From assembly GCA_047629215.1 (NCBI GenBank), contig JBLHWO010000001.1, forward strand, positions 603 to 64,602: a DNA stretch of 64,000 bases, written 5' to 3'. The position numbers were made by a program, and so were the translations under genes. The notes under the pieces are model-generated. The model was given only the letters and a program-made list of their open reading frames with translations. It had not been told where the DNA came from and did no database searches. Positions 1-10,944 of the stretch are shown here, piece after piece (position 1 is the first letter of the stretch; each line of letters begins with the position of its first letter). The DNA is from Cellvibrionaceae bacterium (GTDB lineage: Bacteria > Pseudomonadota > Gammaproteobacteria > Pseudomonadales > Cellvibrionaceae).

Positions 1-1044
1 GCAGGTATAGTGAGCCGCTGGCACAACAGGAATGGGGTCTTTAGTAATATCGATACCGTATGCGAGGCAACTTTTTTTAACGTTAGGAAAATGTTCGTCG
101 ATAAAGTCCGCGGGTTTATGACTAATATCTAAATAGAGATGATCGCAACCTAAGCGCTTAATTTCATGGTCAATCGCGCGTGCTACGATATCTCTGGGGG
201 CGAGTTCTTTTTGCGCGTTAAAGCGATGCATAAACCGCTCGCCGTCAGGTAAGGTAAGGTACGCGCCTTCGCCTCTCAGTGCCTCTGTGATTAATAGGGT
301 TTTGGCTCTGGGATGATATAAGCAGGTCGGATGAAACTGATTGAATTCCATGTTGGCCACTCTGCACCCAGCTCGCCAAGCCATTGCAATACCATCTCCG
401 CTAGCCCCGTCGGGATTACTGGTATAAAGATAAGCTTTACTGGCTCCACCTGTCGCTAAAATAACGACTTTGGCCTGAAAGGTGCAGACTTGATCATTTT
501 CACGATCATAAACATAAGCTCCACTACAGCGCAGGCGTCGGCTGTTAGCGTCAGCTTGATGAATCAAGTCAATAGCGATGTGTTGTTCGAAAAGGTCGAC
601 ATTATCAGATTCGTGAATACGTTCAATCAGTGTGCTATGAACCGCTTTGCCGGTTGCGTCAGCACTATGAATGATACGCCTGTGGCTATGGCCACCTTCT
701 TTCGTAAGATGATAGTCGCTATCGTCTTCCTTTCGGGTAAAGCTGACGCCTTGATCTACTAGCCATTGGATGGCATCAGAACTGTTTTCAACTGTAAACT
801 TAACGGCATCTGGATGGCATAAGCCAGCACCCGCATTTAAAGTGTCTTTTACGTGAGCTTCTATAGAATCTTCGTCGTCAAGAACAGCCGCTATGCCACC
901 CTGGGCATACCAAGTAGAGCCGTCTTTTAAGCGGTTTTTACTGAGAACGGCGATGCGGCCAAATTGTGACAAGTTAAGTGCCAGCGCTAAACCTGCTGCT
1001 CCGCTGCCAATAACAAGAATGTCGTGACGAAAATGCATATTCAT
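1..1044 (-). CDS. nadB: L-aspartate oxidase NadB; the C-terminal end runs off the window start
   Basis: My own minus-strand translation from the ATG at 1044 gives [23 protein letters not shown] (FAD GxGxxG), [15 protein letters not shown] and EALRGEGA. The frame stays open to position 1. It is absent from the ORF track because the window edge truncates it. It is divergent from rpoE, as in Pseudomonas. Confidence 0.9.
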   Translation of the reverse strand, partial: MNMHFRHDILVIGSGAAGLALALNLSQFGRIAVLSKNRLKDGSTWYAQGGIAAVLDDEDSIEAHVKDTLNAGAGLCHPDAVKFTVENSSDAIQWLVDQGVSFTRKEDDSDYHLTKEGGHSHRRIIHSADATGKAVHSTLIERIHESDNVDLFEQHIAIDLIHQADANSRRLRCSGAYVYDRENDQVCTFQAKVVILATGGASKAYLYTSNPDGASGDGIAMAWRAGCRVANMEFNQFHPTCLYHPRAKTLLITEALRGEGAYLTLPDGERFMHRFNAQKELAPRDIVARAIDHEIKRLGCDHLYLDISHKPADFIDEHFPNVKKSCLAYGIDITKDPIPVVPAAHYTC

Positions 1045-1105
1045 TGGTAGACTACTATATAGTTGAATTTAAAAGTGCTTTAGAGGTGCGAGAGTATATC
1101 ACCTT

Positions 1106-1133
1106 GGAACTTATTCAAAATAATTGTGTCCGA
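1106..1133 (+). promoter_or_regulatory. Candidate sigma-E (AlgU/RpoE)-dependent autoregulatory promoter
   Basis: GGAACTT (1106-1112), a 16-nt spacer, then TCCGA (1129-1133), about 80 nt upstream of the rpoE start. This fits the remembered sigma-E consensus GGAACTT-N16-TCnnA. Confidence 0.55.
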
Positions 1134-1210
1134 TTACGGTCGATGGATATTAAAAAATATTTTCAACTTAACGCACAAACGAAAAACAGAGAATTTGCTA
1201 GGGAGCATCC

Positions 1211-1819
1211 ATGGCCGCGTCAACAGCGCAAAGCAGTAAGAAAGATAATGCGCCGGACACTGACCAACAGCTAGTCGAGCGAGTGCAGCAGGGAGATAAG
1301 CGCGCGTTTGATCTGTTGGTACTAAAATATCAGCATAAGATCATATCTGTGGTACATCGCTATGTACGAGACTCGGCAGATGTTCAAGATGTCGTGCAAG
1401 AAGCATTCATTAAAGCTTATCGAGCATTAGAAAGTTTTCGAGGTGAAAGCGCCTTTTATACGTGGATGTATCGTATAGCGATTAATACCGCAAAAAATCA
1501 TCTGATATCCCGTGGGCGAAGACCGCCAGCAACGGATGTTGATATTGATGATGCTGAATATTTTGCGGGTAATGATAGTCTTAAAGATTTCAATACTCCT
1601 GAAAGCAGTTTGTTTTGTGAGCAGCTGCAGTCCGCAGTGGAGGCCTCTATTCAAGGGTTATCGGAAGACTTACGAACAGCGTTAACTCTAAGAGAAATGG
1701 ATGGCCTAAGTTATGAGGAAATAGCCGATATTATGAAATGCCCTGTGGGCACAGTTCGGTCTAGAATATTTCGTGCCCGTGAAGCTATCGATAAGGTTGT
1801 GCAGCCTTTGATGGCATAA
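1211..1819 (+). CDS. rpoE: RNA polymerase sigma-E factor (RpoE/AlgU, ECF family)
   Basis: 202 aa. LVERVQQGDKRAFDLLVLKYQHKI and the region 4 sequence GLSYEEIADIMKCPVGTVRSRIFRAREAI are near-identical in pattern to RpoE/AlgU. It is followed by rseABC-degP. Confidence 0.95.
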   Translation: MAASTAQSSKKDNAPDTDQQLVERVQQGDKRAFDLLVLKYQHKIISVVHRYVRDSADVQDVVQEAFIKAYRALESFRGESAFYTWMYRIAINTAKNHLISRGRRPPATDVDIDDAEYFAGNDSLKDFNTPESSLFCEQLQSAVEASIQGLSEDLRTALTLREMDGLSYEEIADIMKCPVGTVRSRIFRAREAIDKVVQPLMA

Positions 1820-1958
1820 AGAGAATAGAAGTATATCCTAAGTGATTGAAACTATTAGAAAAATAAAAGATATGACTTTTCTTGTTTTTTTGTGAACTTT
1901 GTCATAAAAAAAAAGTCCTAAACTTGAACCCATGCACTTTGCAATTTTGGTAACTTTT

Positions 1959-2645
1959 ATGTCAAAACAAGTTATATCGAAACTAGAGCCGTCATCCAAT
2001 CTGCAGTTAGATGAGTCCTTATCGGCCTTAATGGATGGCGAGGCAACTGAAATCGAAATTCGACGAATCTTAAAGTCAAATGGTGAGGTCAAACAATCCA
2101 TTGATGAGCGCTGGATGCGTTACCACATTACAAGTGATGTGCTAAAAGGTGAGTTTAAGCTTGGCAAGTCTATAATAGATGTATCTGCTTCTATCTCAGC
2201 GGCTATAGACGCTGAACCAACTTATTCTGGGGTTAGCGACTCTGATCTTAGTAAAAAAGCTAAAAAAGAGAAAGTCTCTTTTTGGTCTAATTTAGGTAAG
2301 TTTGCTATAGCAGCATCAGTAGCGGGTGCGGTAGTTGTAGGCGTTCAGTTTTCTCCAAGTAATACAGGTAGTACGATAGCGAATACTCCGGTTACGTTAA
2401 ATACCCCCGCTAATATCGCTAGCCAACCTAATTTTGGTGGTGATACATCGGTAAGGGTTGTTGGTAATCAAGCCCCACTAGTGCAGCAGCAAAAGCCAAT
2501 TGTTATTAACGAAGCGACTCAAGAGCAGCTGCAGAAAATGGAAGGCGAGATTAACCGTTTGATGTTGGAACATGCTCAAGATGGCTCGCAAAATACTCAG
2601 CAAGGCGTGTTGCCCTATGTTCGAGTGCCAGGAACGGATCAATAA
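1959..2645 (+). CDS. rseA: Anti-sigma-E factor RseA/MucA
   Basis: It lies directly downstream of rpoE. The N-terminus ESLSALMDGEATEIE is the typical RseA/MucA motif, with a central TM segment (FAIAASVAGAVVVGV). I moved the start to the ATG at 1959 rather than the track start at 1932. Confidence 0.8.
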   Translation: MSKQVISKLEPSSNLQLDESLSALMDGEATEIEIRRILKSNGEVKQSIDERWMRYHITSDVLKGEFKLGKSIIDVSASISAAIDAEPTYSGVSDSDLSKKAKKEKVSFWSNLGKFAIAASVAGAVVVGVQFSPSNTGSTIANTPVTLNTPANIASQPNFGGDTSVRVVGNQAPLVQQQKPIVINEATQEQLQKMEGEINRLMLEHAQDGSQNTQQGVLPYVRVPGTDQ

Positions 2646-2723
2646 GTACTTTTTTGTTAGTGAATATTCTCCTATAGTAGTACTATAAGCTTTTTGCCAT
2701 TTTTGGTTTGGGCCGATTAGATA

Positions 2724-3773
2724 ATGCTGAGTACACCTTTTTTCTTTATTGCGCTAATAATTTTTAGTGCTCATACTATGATGGCCGTGGCTTCTACAGT
2801 AGGCTCTGATTCGCCCCAACCTAAGGCTTTAGAGCGCGCCTCTCCCGCCGAGCCCGGCCAGGCGCATGATTCGTTAGAAACACAACCAAGTGACTTTGAC
2901 GACGAATCCGTTGAGCTGCATGAAGACAAAGAAATTATTATAGATTCGATACAGACTTTTTTTTCAGTTCTGTCGACAGCAAATAAGAACATTAGTCACG
3001 AAAGTTTGCTCACCTATGAAGCTAATGGTTTTATTACAACGTACAAATTGCAGCACTTAGTTAATGATAATGAAGTTAAGCAGCAGCTTATGTTTATGGA
3101 CGGACCTAAACGTCAGGTTATACGTAACCAGAGCTTATCGCCTTGCATTCAAGGTGCAACTCGTTGGGGACTATGGCCAACGACAGTATCATCGTCTTCA
3201 TTCTCTGCTTATAAACTTAAAACCATTTCCTTAGAAAGGATCGCCAATCGTGAAGCGATTCTTTTTGAAATCACACCCAAAGACGAGTACCGCTATGGGT
3301 ATCGTTACAGTGTAGATAAGCAAACAGGTTTAGTGCTGAAGGCTGTAACTTATTATAAAGATGTCATTATTGAACGTTTGCAAACGGTATCGATCGATTT
3401 TATTGGAAAAGATGAAGAGCTTACTGAGGGAGCTAATTATTCATGGCGTGTTCCAGAAGTTGGCCCTTGCTACTCTAAACAATTTACGCCAGCTTGGAAC
3501 GTGCAGTGGTTGCCTGAAGGTTTTGAATCGGTTGGTAATAGAATAACTGCACAGGGTGAGCAGGTTTTGATTTTTGCAGATGGTTTAGTTTCTGTCTCGG
3601 TATTTGTAGTTAATTCTGAAGCAGAAAATTTATCAAAAGCAACGGCTAGGCATGGGGCTACCGTCGTTGTGATCGCACCCGTAGGCTCACAGCCTGACCG
3701 GAGCATAGCAGTAGTAGGTGAAATCCCAACTGCAACGGCGCGTAAAATAGCCGTGTCAGTCAAACCTATATGA
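2724..3773 (+). CDS. rseB: Sigma-E regulatory protein RseB/MucB (periplasmic)
   Basis: 349 aa with an N-terminal signal-like hydrophobic segment. It is the third gene of the rpoE operon. The size and position fit the MucB/RseB family. Confidence 0.75.
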   Translation: MLSTPFFFIALIIFSAHTMMAVASTVGSDSPQPKALERASPAEPGQAHDSLETQPSDFDDESVELHEDKEIIIDSIQTFFSVLSTANKNISHESLLTYEANGFITTYKLQHLVNDNEVKQQLMFMDGPKRQVIRNQSLSPCIQGATRWGLWPTTVSSSSFSAYKLKTISLERIANREAILFEITPKDEYRYGYRYSVDKQTGLVLKAVTYYKDVIIERLQTVSIDFIGKDEELTEGANYSWRVPEVGPCYSKQFTPAWNVQWLPEGFESVGNRITAQGEQVLIFADGLVSVSVFVVNSEAENLSKATARHGATVVVIAPVGSQPDRSIAVVGEIPTATARKIAVSVKPI

Positions 3774-3882
3774 CAGTAAGTTTGCATGGTTACTGTTTAC
3801 TGTGCTTTTAGAGAGTTAAGTTAGAGGTTAAGTTAGGTTAGAGAGTTAAACTAAAAAGTTAAATAATTGAAGCAAATATAAT

Positions 3883-4359
3883 GTGTTGAAAGAAACTGGA
3901 CGTGTCATTGCTATAAAAGAAGACTCTCTTTGGGTAGAAACGATTAAGCGCTCTACTTGCGGATCTTGTGCTGCAGAAAAAGGTTGTGGGCAAACCTTAC
4001 TGCAAAAAATAGGAGCCAACCCGACTTACTTGCGTATTCCTTTCGAATATGATTCTACGCGTAGGTATCATTTAAACGATTCAGTTACTATTGGGATTCC
4101 TAACGATATTATTGTTAAAGGGTCGCTATTTTTATACTTATTACCGCTCACCTTTTTACTTGCATTAAGTGGAGTCGCCCATACCTTTAGCTCTAAAGAC
4201 TTCGTTTCGATTTTAGCAGGTATAATGGGTTTTACGATTGGATGTCTATTAATAAGGTGGCATAGCTATCATTATCGCAACGACAAGCGACATCAGGCTT
4301 GCTTGGTAGAGGACGATTTAGTACAAGACGATTTGATACAGGAGATTAACGTCACTTAA
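3883..4359 (+). CDS. rseC: SoxR-reducing system/sigma-E regulator RseC/MucC family protein
   Basis: 158 aa. The N-terminus GRVIAIKEDSLWVETIKRSTCGSCAAEKGCG is followed by two TM segments, which is the typical RseC architecture. It uses a GTG start. Confidence 0.8.
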   Translation: MLKETGRVIAIKEDSLWVETIKRSTCGSCAAEKGCGQTLLQKIGANPTYLRIPFEYDSTRRYHLNDSVTIGIPNDIIVKGSLFLYLLPLTFLLALSGVAHTFSSKDFVSILAGIMGFTIGCLLIRWHSYHYRNDKRHQACLVEDDLVQDDLIQEINVT

Positions 4360-4436
4360 CACAGCGCTTTTATTGAACTTTTAGGCCTGTCTAAAGGTCT
4401 TTTGTAATTCAGAGATTTATTAAGAGGAGACTTACT

Positions 4437-5831
4437 ATGCGGTTGAACCAGCCTTATCAGTTTTTTACTGGCTTATTGTTAATGACATTTATTGTTACAG
4501 GACAGGCAAGATCTTTTCCTGAGTTTACAGATCTAATTGAAGAAAAGTCCCCTGCCGTAGTAAAGATTACAGCTGAAAAAAAGAGTAAGCGTTCAAAGCA
4601 ATCGCAAATGGAACTCCCTGAAAATGTTCCGGATATTTTCAAGCATTTCTTTGACCCTCGGCAAATGCCAGAGCGTGGGTCACGTGCAGCGGGTTCTGGT
4701 TTCTTGATTTCTGAAGATGGGTATATTCTAACGAATCACCATGTTGTTGAAGGTGCAACTGATGTTTTCGTTCGCTTAATTGACCGGCGCGAATACGATG
4801 CTGAAATTGTTGGTACCGATCCGCAGTCTGATTTAGCGTTATTAAAAATAAAAGAAAAAAACCTTCCATTTCTTACCTTAGCCAACTCCGATAAAGTACG
4901 GGTAGGTGAGTGGGTGTTAGCCATTGGTTCGCCCTTTGGTTTAGATTATTCCGTTACTGCCGGTATTATCAGCGCCATCGGTCGTAGCATTCCTGGAGAG
5001 GGAACGCAAAACTACGTCCCCTTTATACAAACTGACGTTGCTATTAATCCCGGTAACTCTGGGGGTCCGTTATTTAATTTAGACGGCGATGTCGTTGGAA
5101 TTAACTCTCAAATATATACTCGTTCAGGTGGTTCTATTGGCTTGTCTTTTGCGATTCCTTCTAATCTTGCAAGCGATGTTGTAGAGCAATTAAAAGATAC
5201 CGGTAAAGTTGATCGCGGTTGGTTAGGGGTTGTTATTCAGGATGTAGATAAAGACTTAGCCTTATCCTTTGGTTTGAAAAAGCCGCAGGGTGCTCTAGTG
5301 GCTCAAATGGAGCCCAATGGCCCAGCTGAGCGTAGTGGCTTAAAAGTCGGTGATATTATTCTTGAGTTTAACGGGCGCGAGATTGCGACATCATCTGACT
5401 TGCCTTATGTCGTTGGTCCAGTGCGAGCAGGTTCGGTTGTACCGGTTAACATTATTCGCAAAGGTAAAAGACGCACAATTGATGTTACTGTTGGGACTCG
5501 CAATAGTTCGGATGCTGCGGCTACTCCATCGTCTGCTCCGGAAGTTCCAGTTGATACCCGCCTAGGGTTGGTTGTAGAAGAAATGACGGCCGATATGAAA
5601 AGTGTAGTCGGTGTTGAAGGGGTTATTATTAAACAAGTTTCTGTAAATAGTCCTGCCGCTGCGGCAGGTTTAGAGCCTGGTGATGTACTAGTGCAATTGG
5701 GTTTCGACGAAATTCGCTCAGCTAAGCAGTTTAGAAAGATTGAAAAAGCATTGCCGGTTAATAAACCTCAGCCGGTTCGAGTGATAAGGCGCGGTTCGCC
5801 ATTGTTCCGCAGTATTACTATTGATAAATAG
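4437..5831 (+). CDS. degP: Do-family periplasmic serine endopeptidase (DegP/MucD) with two PDZ domains
   Basis: 464 aa with a signal peptide. The catalytic triad context is TNHHVV, DLALLKI and GNSGGPLFN. The C-terminal PDZ-like repeats include GDIILEFNG and GDVLVQLG. This is the fifth gene of an algU-mucABCD-type operon. Confidence 0.92.
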   Translation: MRLNQPYQFFTGLLLMTFIVTGQARSFPEFTDLIEEKSPAVVKITAEKKSKRSKQSQMELPENVPDIFKHFFDPRQMPERGSRAAGSGFLISEDGYILTNHHVVEGATDVFVRLIDRREYDAEIVGTDPQSDLALLKIKEKNLPFLTLANSDKVRVGEWVLAIGSPFGLDYSVTAGIISAIGRSIPGEGTQNYVPFIQTDVAINPGNSGGPLFNLDGDVVGINSQIYTRSGGSIGLSFAIPSNLASDVVEQLKDTGKVDRGWLGVVIQDVDKDLALSFGLKKPQGALVAQMEPNGPAERSGLKVGDIILEFNGREIATSSDLPYVVGPVRAGSVVPVNIIRKGKRRTIDVTVGTRNSSDAAATPSSAPEVPVDTRLGLVVEEMTADMKSVVGVEGVIIKQVSVNSPAAAAGLEPGDVLVQLGFDEIRSAKQFRKIEKALPVNKPQPVRVIRRGSPLFRSITIDK

Positions 5832-5876
5832 GTATCAATAAATAATTTTTCTCTACTAATTATAGCGGCATCATAA

Positions 5877-5901
5877 AGGCGACTTTTCGAGGTCGCTTTT
5901 T
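5877..5901 (+). terminator. Rho-independent terminator after degP
   Basis: The stem AGGCGAC/GTCGCTT (7 bp, one G-T pair) has an 8-nt loop and is followed by TTTTT. Confidence 0.55.
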
Positions 5902-6070
5902 ACATTATTACGCTTTATATTGTGTAAAGTAAGAAATCTAACCCTCTAACGTGGCGCCATATATCAAAGGTACAAAGTCTTTCATAGATCATAGGCCTTT
6001 AATAAGGTAAAATCCGCGCTCTTTCGTTCTCCCTACCCCATCTATAGTTATTAACGGTGTTAGCCCAGCA

Positions 6071-7873
6071 GTGACCGACCTCAGCCATATTCGTAATTTC
6101 TCTATTATTGCCCATATTGACCATGGTAAATCGACCTTAGCAGATCGTTTTATTCAGTATTGTGGAGGCCTAGCTCAGCGTGAAATGGCGGCACAGGTGC
6201 TGGACTCCATGGATATTGAGCGTGAGCGGGGTATCACGATAAAGGCGCAGAGCGTTACGCTTAACTATACCGCACGTGATGGTAAGGTATACCAACTCAA
6301 TTTTATTGATACCCCCGGCCACGTTGACTTTTCCTATGAAGTGTCACGATCATTAGCGGCTTGTGAAGGTGCTTTGCTAGTTGTGGATGCAGCTCAAGGG
6401 GTTGAAGCTCAGTCGGTTGCTAACTGCTACACCGCACTTGAGCAGGGGCTAGAAGTTATCACAGTGCTTAATAAAATGGATTTACCCCAAGCGGAACCTG
6501 ACCGTGTTGCTCAAGAGATAGAAGATATTATTGGTATTGAAGCAACTGATGCCGTTCAATGTAGTGCTAAGTCTGGTTTAGGCGTTGAGGATGTACTTGA
6601 AGATTTGGTTAAGAGAGTGCCGCCACCAGCGGGAGATATTGACGGGCCATTGCAAGCATTAATCATAGATTCTTGGTTCGATAACTATTTAGGTGTTGTT
6701 TCTTTAGTCCGCGTTAAGCATGGCACCTTGAAAGTCAAAGATAAAATAGTCATTAAATCGGTTGGCAAATCCCACGTCGTCGATAGTGTAGGTGTGTTTA
6801 CGCCTAAAAGAATGCCCCTAAAAGAACTTAAGGCGGGGGAGGTGGGCTTTGTCGTTGCCGGCATTAAAGATATTCATGGTGCCCCTGTTGGAGATACACT
6901 GACTCATGCTGCAAGCTATGAAACGGTTGAACCCTTACCGGGCTTTAAAAAAGTAAAGCCGCAAGTTTATGCAGGTTTATTTCCCGTTAGTTCCGATGAT
7001 TACGAATCGTTTAGAGACGCCTTGGCTAAATTAACCTTAAATGATGCGTCTTTATTTTATGAGCCAGAAAGTTCAGATGCTTTAGGTTTTGGTTTCCGTT
7101 GCGGTTTTTTGGGTATGCTCCACATGGAGATTATTCAAGAGCGTTTAGAGAGGGAGTATGATCTTGATTTAATTACCACGGCACCTACCGTTATTTTTCA
7201 AGCGGTAAAAAATGATGGAGAGGTGATTCAAGTTGATAATCCTTCAAAGTTGCCTGACCCTACCTATCTGATTGAAATGCGTGAGCCGATTGTTGAGGCT
7301 AATATTCTGGTTCCTCAGGCTTATTTGGGTCCAGTAATCACCCTGTGCGTTCATAAACGTGGCGTTCAAAAAGAGATGCTGTATGTTGGTAATCAAGTAT
7401 CGCTGCGCTACGAGCTCCCGATGAATGAAGTTGTGTTGGATTTCTTTGACCGGTTAAAATCAGCTAGCCGTGGGTTTGCTTCATTGGATTACAGTTTCAT
7501 ACGTTTTGAAAAAGCGCCATTGACGCGCTTGGATGTATTGATTAATGGTGATAAAGTCGATGCCTTGGCAATGATTATTCATCGTGATTATGCGCAAGGC
7601 CGTGGTCGTTTATTAACGGAAAAGATGAAAGAATTGATTCCACGCCAAATGTTTGATGTGGCCATTCAAGCTGTCATTGGTGGCCAAGTTGTTGCACGTA
7701 CTACAGTAAAAGCACTACGTAAAAATGTTACGGCTAAATGTTATGGTGGTGATATTTCCCGTAAGAAAAAATTGTTAGACAAACAAAAAGCCGGTAAAAA
7801 ACGAATGAAGCAGGTGGGGAATGTTGAGATTCCTCAAGAAGCTTTTCTGGCAGTGCTAAGAGTTGACGATTAG
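6071..7873 (+). CDS. lepA: Elongation factor 4 (LepA)
   Basis: 600 aa. [28 protein letters not shown] and NKMD are the GTPase motifs. The LepA C-terminal domain is highly conserved. It uses a GTG start. Confidence 0.97.
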   Translation: MTDLSHIRNFSIIAHIDHGKSTLADRFIQYCGGLAQREMAAQVLDSMDIERERGITIKAQSVTLNYTARDGKVYQLNFIDTPGHVDFSYEVSRSLAACEGALLVVDAAQGVEAQSVANCYTALEQGLEVITVLNKMDLPQAEPDRVAQEIEDIIGIEATDAVQCSAKSGLGVEDVLEDLVKRVPPPAGDIDGPLQALIIDSWFDNYLGVVSLVRVKHGTLKVKDKIVIKSVGKSHVVDSVGVFTPKRMPLKELKAGEVGFVVAGIKDIHGAPVGDTLTHAASYETVEPLPGFKKVKPQVYAGLFPVSSDDYESFRDALAKLTLNDASLFYEPESSDALGFGFRCGFLGMLHMEIIQERLEREYDLDLITTAPTVIFQAVKNDGEVIQVDNPSKLPDPTYLIEMREPIVEANILVPQAYLGPVITLCVHKRGVQKEMLYVGNQVSLRYELPMNEVVLDFFDRLKSASRGFASLDYSFIRFEKAPLTRLDVLINGDKVDALAMIIHRDYAQGRGRLLTEKMKELIPRQMFDVAIQAVIGGQVVARTTVKALRKNVTAKCYGGDISRKKKLLDKQKAGKKRMKQVGNVEIPQEAFLAVLRVDD

Positions 7874-7929
7874 CACTATAATAATTAATAAAAACGTTGT
7901 TATTTATAGCGAGTATGAGATAAGCCTTT

Positions 7930-8685
7930 ATGGATATTAATTTCCCATTAATTTTAGTGATTCTGGTCTTTGTATCTGGCTTAGTAGCATTAATTGATAA
8001 ATTATTTTTGGCTAAAGGTAGAGGGCAAGCTAAGCCTGAACCGGTATTCGTCGAATATTCAAAATCTTTTTTTCCTGTTTTATTAGTTGTTCTTGTGCTG
8101 CGCTCTTTTCTGGTTGAACCGTTTCAGATTCCGTCTGGCTCAATGGTGCCAACGTTAGAGGTGGGTGACTTTATTCTCGTTAATAAATTTACCTATGGTA
8201 TTCGTTTGCCGGTTATTCGTACCAAGGTGTTGGATATCAACGACCCTAAACGTGGCGATGTGATGGTGTTTTTTCCTCCTCATGAAAAGCGTTATTTCAT
8301 TAAAAGGGTCATTGGCTTGCCGGGGGACCGAATTGACTATATTGATAATCAGTTATTTGTTAATGGAGAAAAAGTAAAGGAAGATCTTCAAGCCAGGCTG
8401 CCGGCTAATAGCCCCTTTTACGAAATCTACAAAGAAACTATTGGTGATGTGGAGCATCAAACCCGTAAAGATTTACAGCCTAGGGTGGTTTTAGAGAAAC
8501 GAGCTATCATGGTTCCAGAAGACCATTATTTTATGATGGGTGATAACCGTAACAATAGTTCTGACAGCAGAGTTTGGGGCCCAGTCCCGAAAGAAAATAT
8601 TGTTGGAAAAGCCTTTGCGATATGGATGCATTGGGAAGGATTTAGCAGTTTACCAAGCTTTTCAAGATTGGGCGCTATTGAATAG
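7930..8685 (+). CDS. lepB: Signal peptidase I
   Basis: 251 aa. Catalytic boxes SGSMVPTL, KRVIGLPGD and GDNRNNSSDSR are present. It lies downstream of lepA. Confidence 0.93.
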   Translation: MDINFPLILVILVFVSGLVALIDKLFLAKGRGQAKPEPVFVEYSKSFFPVLLVVLVLRSFLVEPFQIPSGSMVPTLEVGDFILVNKFTYGIRLPVIRTKVLDINDPKRGDVMVFFPPHEKRYFIKRVIGLPGDRIDYIDNQLFVNGEKVKEDLQARLPANSPFYEIYKETIGDVEHQTRKDLQPRVVLEKRAIMVPEDHYFMMGDNRNNSSDSRVWGPVPKENIVGKAFAIWMHWEGFSSLPSFSRLGAIE

Positions 8686-8798
8686 CTTAGCCAGATTATA
8701 TTGACTAAATAAATATATAATAATTGTTGCTGAAATATACGTGGTGTAAACCTTCAGGTTTAATTTAATTAAATAAATAGTAATCAGAGGGCAGCCTT

Positions 8799-9194
8799 AT
8801 GAATAGTATAAAAAAACAAAAGGGTTTATCAGGAATAGGCTGGTTATTTGTGATTAGCGTTCTCGGTTTTAGTTTGCTGCTAGTATCAAAATTGGGGCCT
8901 CACTACTTAGATAACCGCTTTGTAGTTTCGACACTGCAAACCTTGGCAGATGACCCTGAATTTCCTCGTATGGCTCCGAGCGAAATACGTTCAAAGCTCT
9001 ATAAAATATTTACCCTCAACAATATTCGCGGTACGGCTGTAGGCGCATTGGAGGTTGTAAAGAATTCTAAAAGTACCCTAGTCACCATTAATTATGAAGA
9101 GCGTATAAGCCTCATGCATAATATTGATGTCGTTCTTACCTTTAACAGTTTATTAGATAGTGCGCGACCTGGTGAGTGCTGTAGTGGATATTAA
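8799..9194 (+). CDS. DUF4845-like small membrane-anchored protein
   Basis: 131 aa with an N-terminal TM segment (GIGWLFVISVLGFSLLLV). It holds the same position between lepB and rnc as the DUF4845 gene in Pseudomonas (from memory). Confidence 0.65.
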   Translation: MNSIKKQKGLSGIGWLFVISVLGFSLLLVSKLGPHYLDNRFVVSTLQTLADDPEFPRMAPSEIRSKLYKIFTLNNIRGTAVGALEVVKNSKSTLVTINYEERISLMHNIDVVLTFNSLLDSARPGECCSGY

Positions 9195-9221
9195 TAGTGC
9201 AAGTCAATAGTAGAGAAATAA

Positions 9222-9905
9222 ATGCCTGATTATGAACACTTACAGCAGAAGTTAGTTTATGACTTCTCCGACATCTCTTTTTTATCATTAGCTTTAACGC
9301 ACTGCAGCTACGCTAGTCAAAATAATGAGCGTCTAGAGTTTCTGGGCGATGCTTTATTAAACTCTATAATTGCTCAAATATTATTTATGCAGTTTCCTGA
9401 AGAGCGTGAAGGGATTTTGTCTCGTTTGCGTGCTAGCCTTGTGAAAGGTGACACTCTTGCAGATATTGCGCGTGAACTTTCTCTTAGTGACTATTTGATC
9501 ATGGGCGAAGGTGAGTTAAAAAGTGGCGGTTTTCGTCGTGATTCTATTCTTGCAGATGTTGTTGAGTCGATTATCGGCGCTATATTTATTGACGGTGGAA
9601 TGTGGCCCTGCCAGTCCTTTATCAAGCGCATATTTAAATCACGATTAGAGATACTGTCTGTTGATAAGTATTTAAAAGACCCTAAAACACGGCTACAAGA
9701 ACTCTTGCAAGGTCGGCAGCTGCCCCTTCCAAGTTATATAGTGGTTAATATCGAAGGTGAGTCACACCAGCAAGAATTTACGGTGCGTTGTGAAACCGCC
9801 ATCCTAAAGGAAGGCCCAATTGCTTCTGCTTCCAGCCGTAGGCAAGCAGAAAAATTAGCGGCCGCAAAAATATTAAGTTGGTTAGAGGATCAAAGTAATG
9901 AGTGA
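9222..9905 (+). CDS. rnc: Ribonuclease III
   Basis: 227 aa with the RNase III signature [12 protein letters not shown] and a C-terminal dsRBD. It overlaps era by 8 nt. Confidence 0.95.
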   Translation: MPDYEHLQQKLVYDFSDISFLSLALTHCSYASQNNERLEFLGDALLNSIIAQILFMQFPEEREGILSRLRASLVKGDTLADIARELSLSDYLIMGEGELKSGGFRRDSILADVVESIIGAIFIDGGMWPCQSFIKRIFKSRLEILSVDKYLKDPKTRLQELLQGRQLPLPSYIVVNIEGESHQQEFTVRCETAILKEGPIASASSRRQAEKLAAAKILSWLEDQSNE

Positions 9906-10836
9906 GCCCCCAAAGGTTGAAACCCCAATGGTTAAAATAAAGTCGCGCTGTGGCTACGTTGCTATAATAGGTAGGCCCAATGTAGGTAAATCAACTTTAC
10001 TGAATCATATATTGGGGCAAAAGCTAAGTATTACCTCTAGAAAACCACAGACTACACGGCATAATCTATTGGGTATCAAAACAGACGAAGAAAATAAAAC
10101 ACAGTTTTTGTTTGTCGATACCCCAGGCTTACATCAAGAGCATAAAAAAGCCTTAAACCGTTACATGAATCAGGCTGTTACTACGGCAATTAGAGACGTA
10201 GATGTGATAGTGTTTGTTGTTGATAAGCTTCAATGGTTTGTAGAAGACGATTTAGTAGCAAAACGTATTCGTGATAGTAAAGTTCCGGTTGTTATTGCCG
10301 TCAATAAAGTAGACCAAATAGAAAATAAAGAAACTCTGCTACCACATTTACAGCGGCTACTAGCTACGCTTAATGTGCAAGATGTCGTGCCTGTGTCTGC
10401 CCTACAGAGTCAAAATGTCGATCGCCTGCTCGATGTGATTCGAGGCCATTTGCCTGAAAATGATTACTTCTTCCCTGAAGATCAAATAACGGACAAAAGC
10501 TCCCGTTTTTTAGCCGCCGAACTTATCCGAGAAAAAATCACACGTCAGTTGGGAGATGAATTACCCTATCAGATGACAGTAGAGATTGAAAATTTTAAAG
10601 ATGAAGGAAAAATCATTCATATTGACGCATTAATTTTGGTTGAAAGGGAAGGTCAAAAACGAATCTTAATAGGTGACAAAGGCGCTCGTATCAAGCAAAT
10701 AGGGCAGCAAGCCCGCGAAGAAATGGAAAAACTGTTTAATAATAAAGTAATGTTGAAAACATGGATTAAGGTTAAATCGGGGTGGTCAGATGACGAGCGC
10801 GCTTTGCGTAGCTTGGGATATTTTGATGAATCTTAA
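9898..10836 (+). CDS. era: GTPase Era
   Basis: 312 aa with [18 protein letters not shown] and a C-terminal KH domain. Confidence 0.95.
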   Translation: MSEPPKVETPMVKIKSRCGYVAIIGRPNVGKSTLLNHILGQKLSITSRKPQTTRHNLLGIKTDEENKTQFLFVDTPGLHQEHKKALNRYMNQAVTTAIRDVDVIVFVVDKLQWFVEDDLVAKRIRDSKVPVVIAVNKVDQIENKETLLPHLQRLLATLNVQDVVPVSALQSQNVDRLLDVIRGHLPENDYFFPEDQITDKSSRFLAAELIREKITRQLGDELPYQMTVEIENFKDEGKIIHIDALILVEREGQKRILIGDKGARIKQIGQQAREEMEKLFNNKVMLKTWIKVKSGWSDDERALRSLGYFDES

Positions 10837-10944
10837 GTTTTAGCTTATGCCATGCGGTCAAATAAACTATCTTTGAAATGAAAAGCCCAACACTGTTTTT
10901 ATTTTATAGGTAATAATGATTACTGTTTGAAATCATCTCATCCT

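Noticed and set aside
490-762. A 90-aa plus-strand ORF.
   Set aside because: It lies antisense inside nadB, which is strongly supported on the minus strand.
1044-1274. A 76-aa ORF spanning the nadB-rpoE spacer.
   Set aside because: It covers the promoter region and overlaps the rpoE start. No family signal is present.
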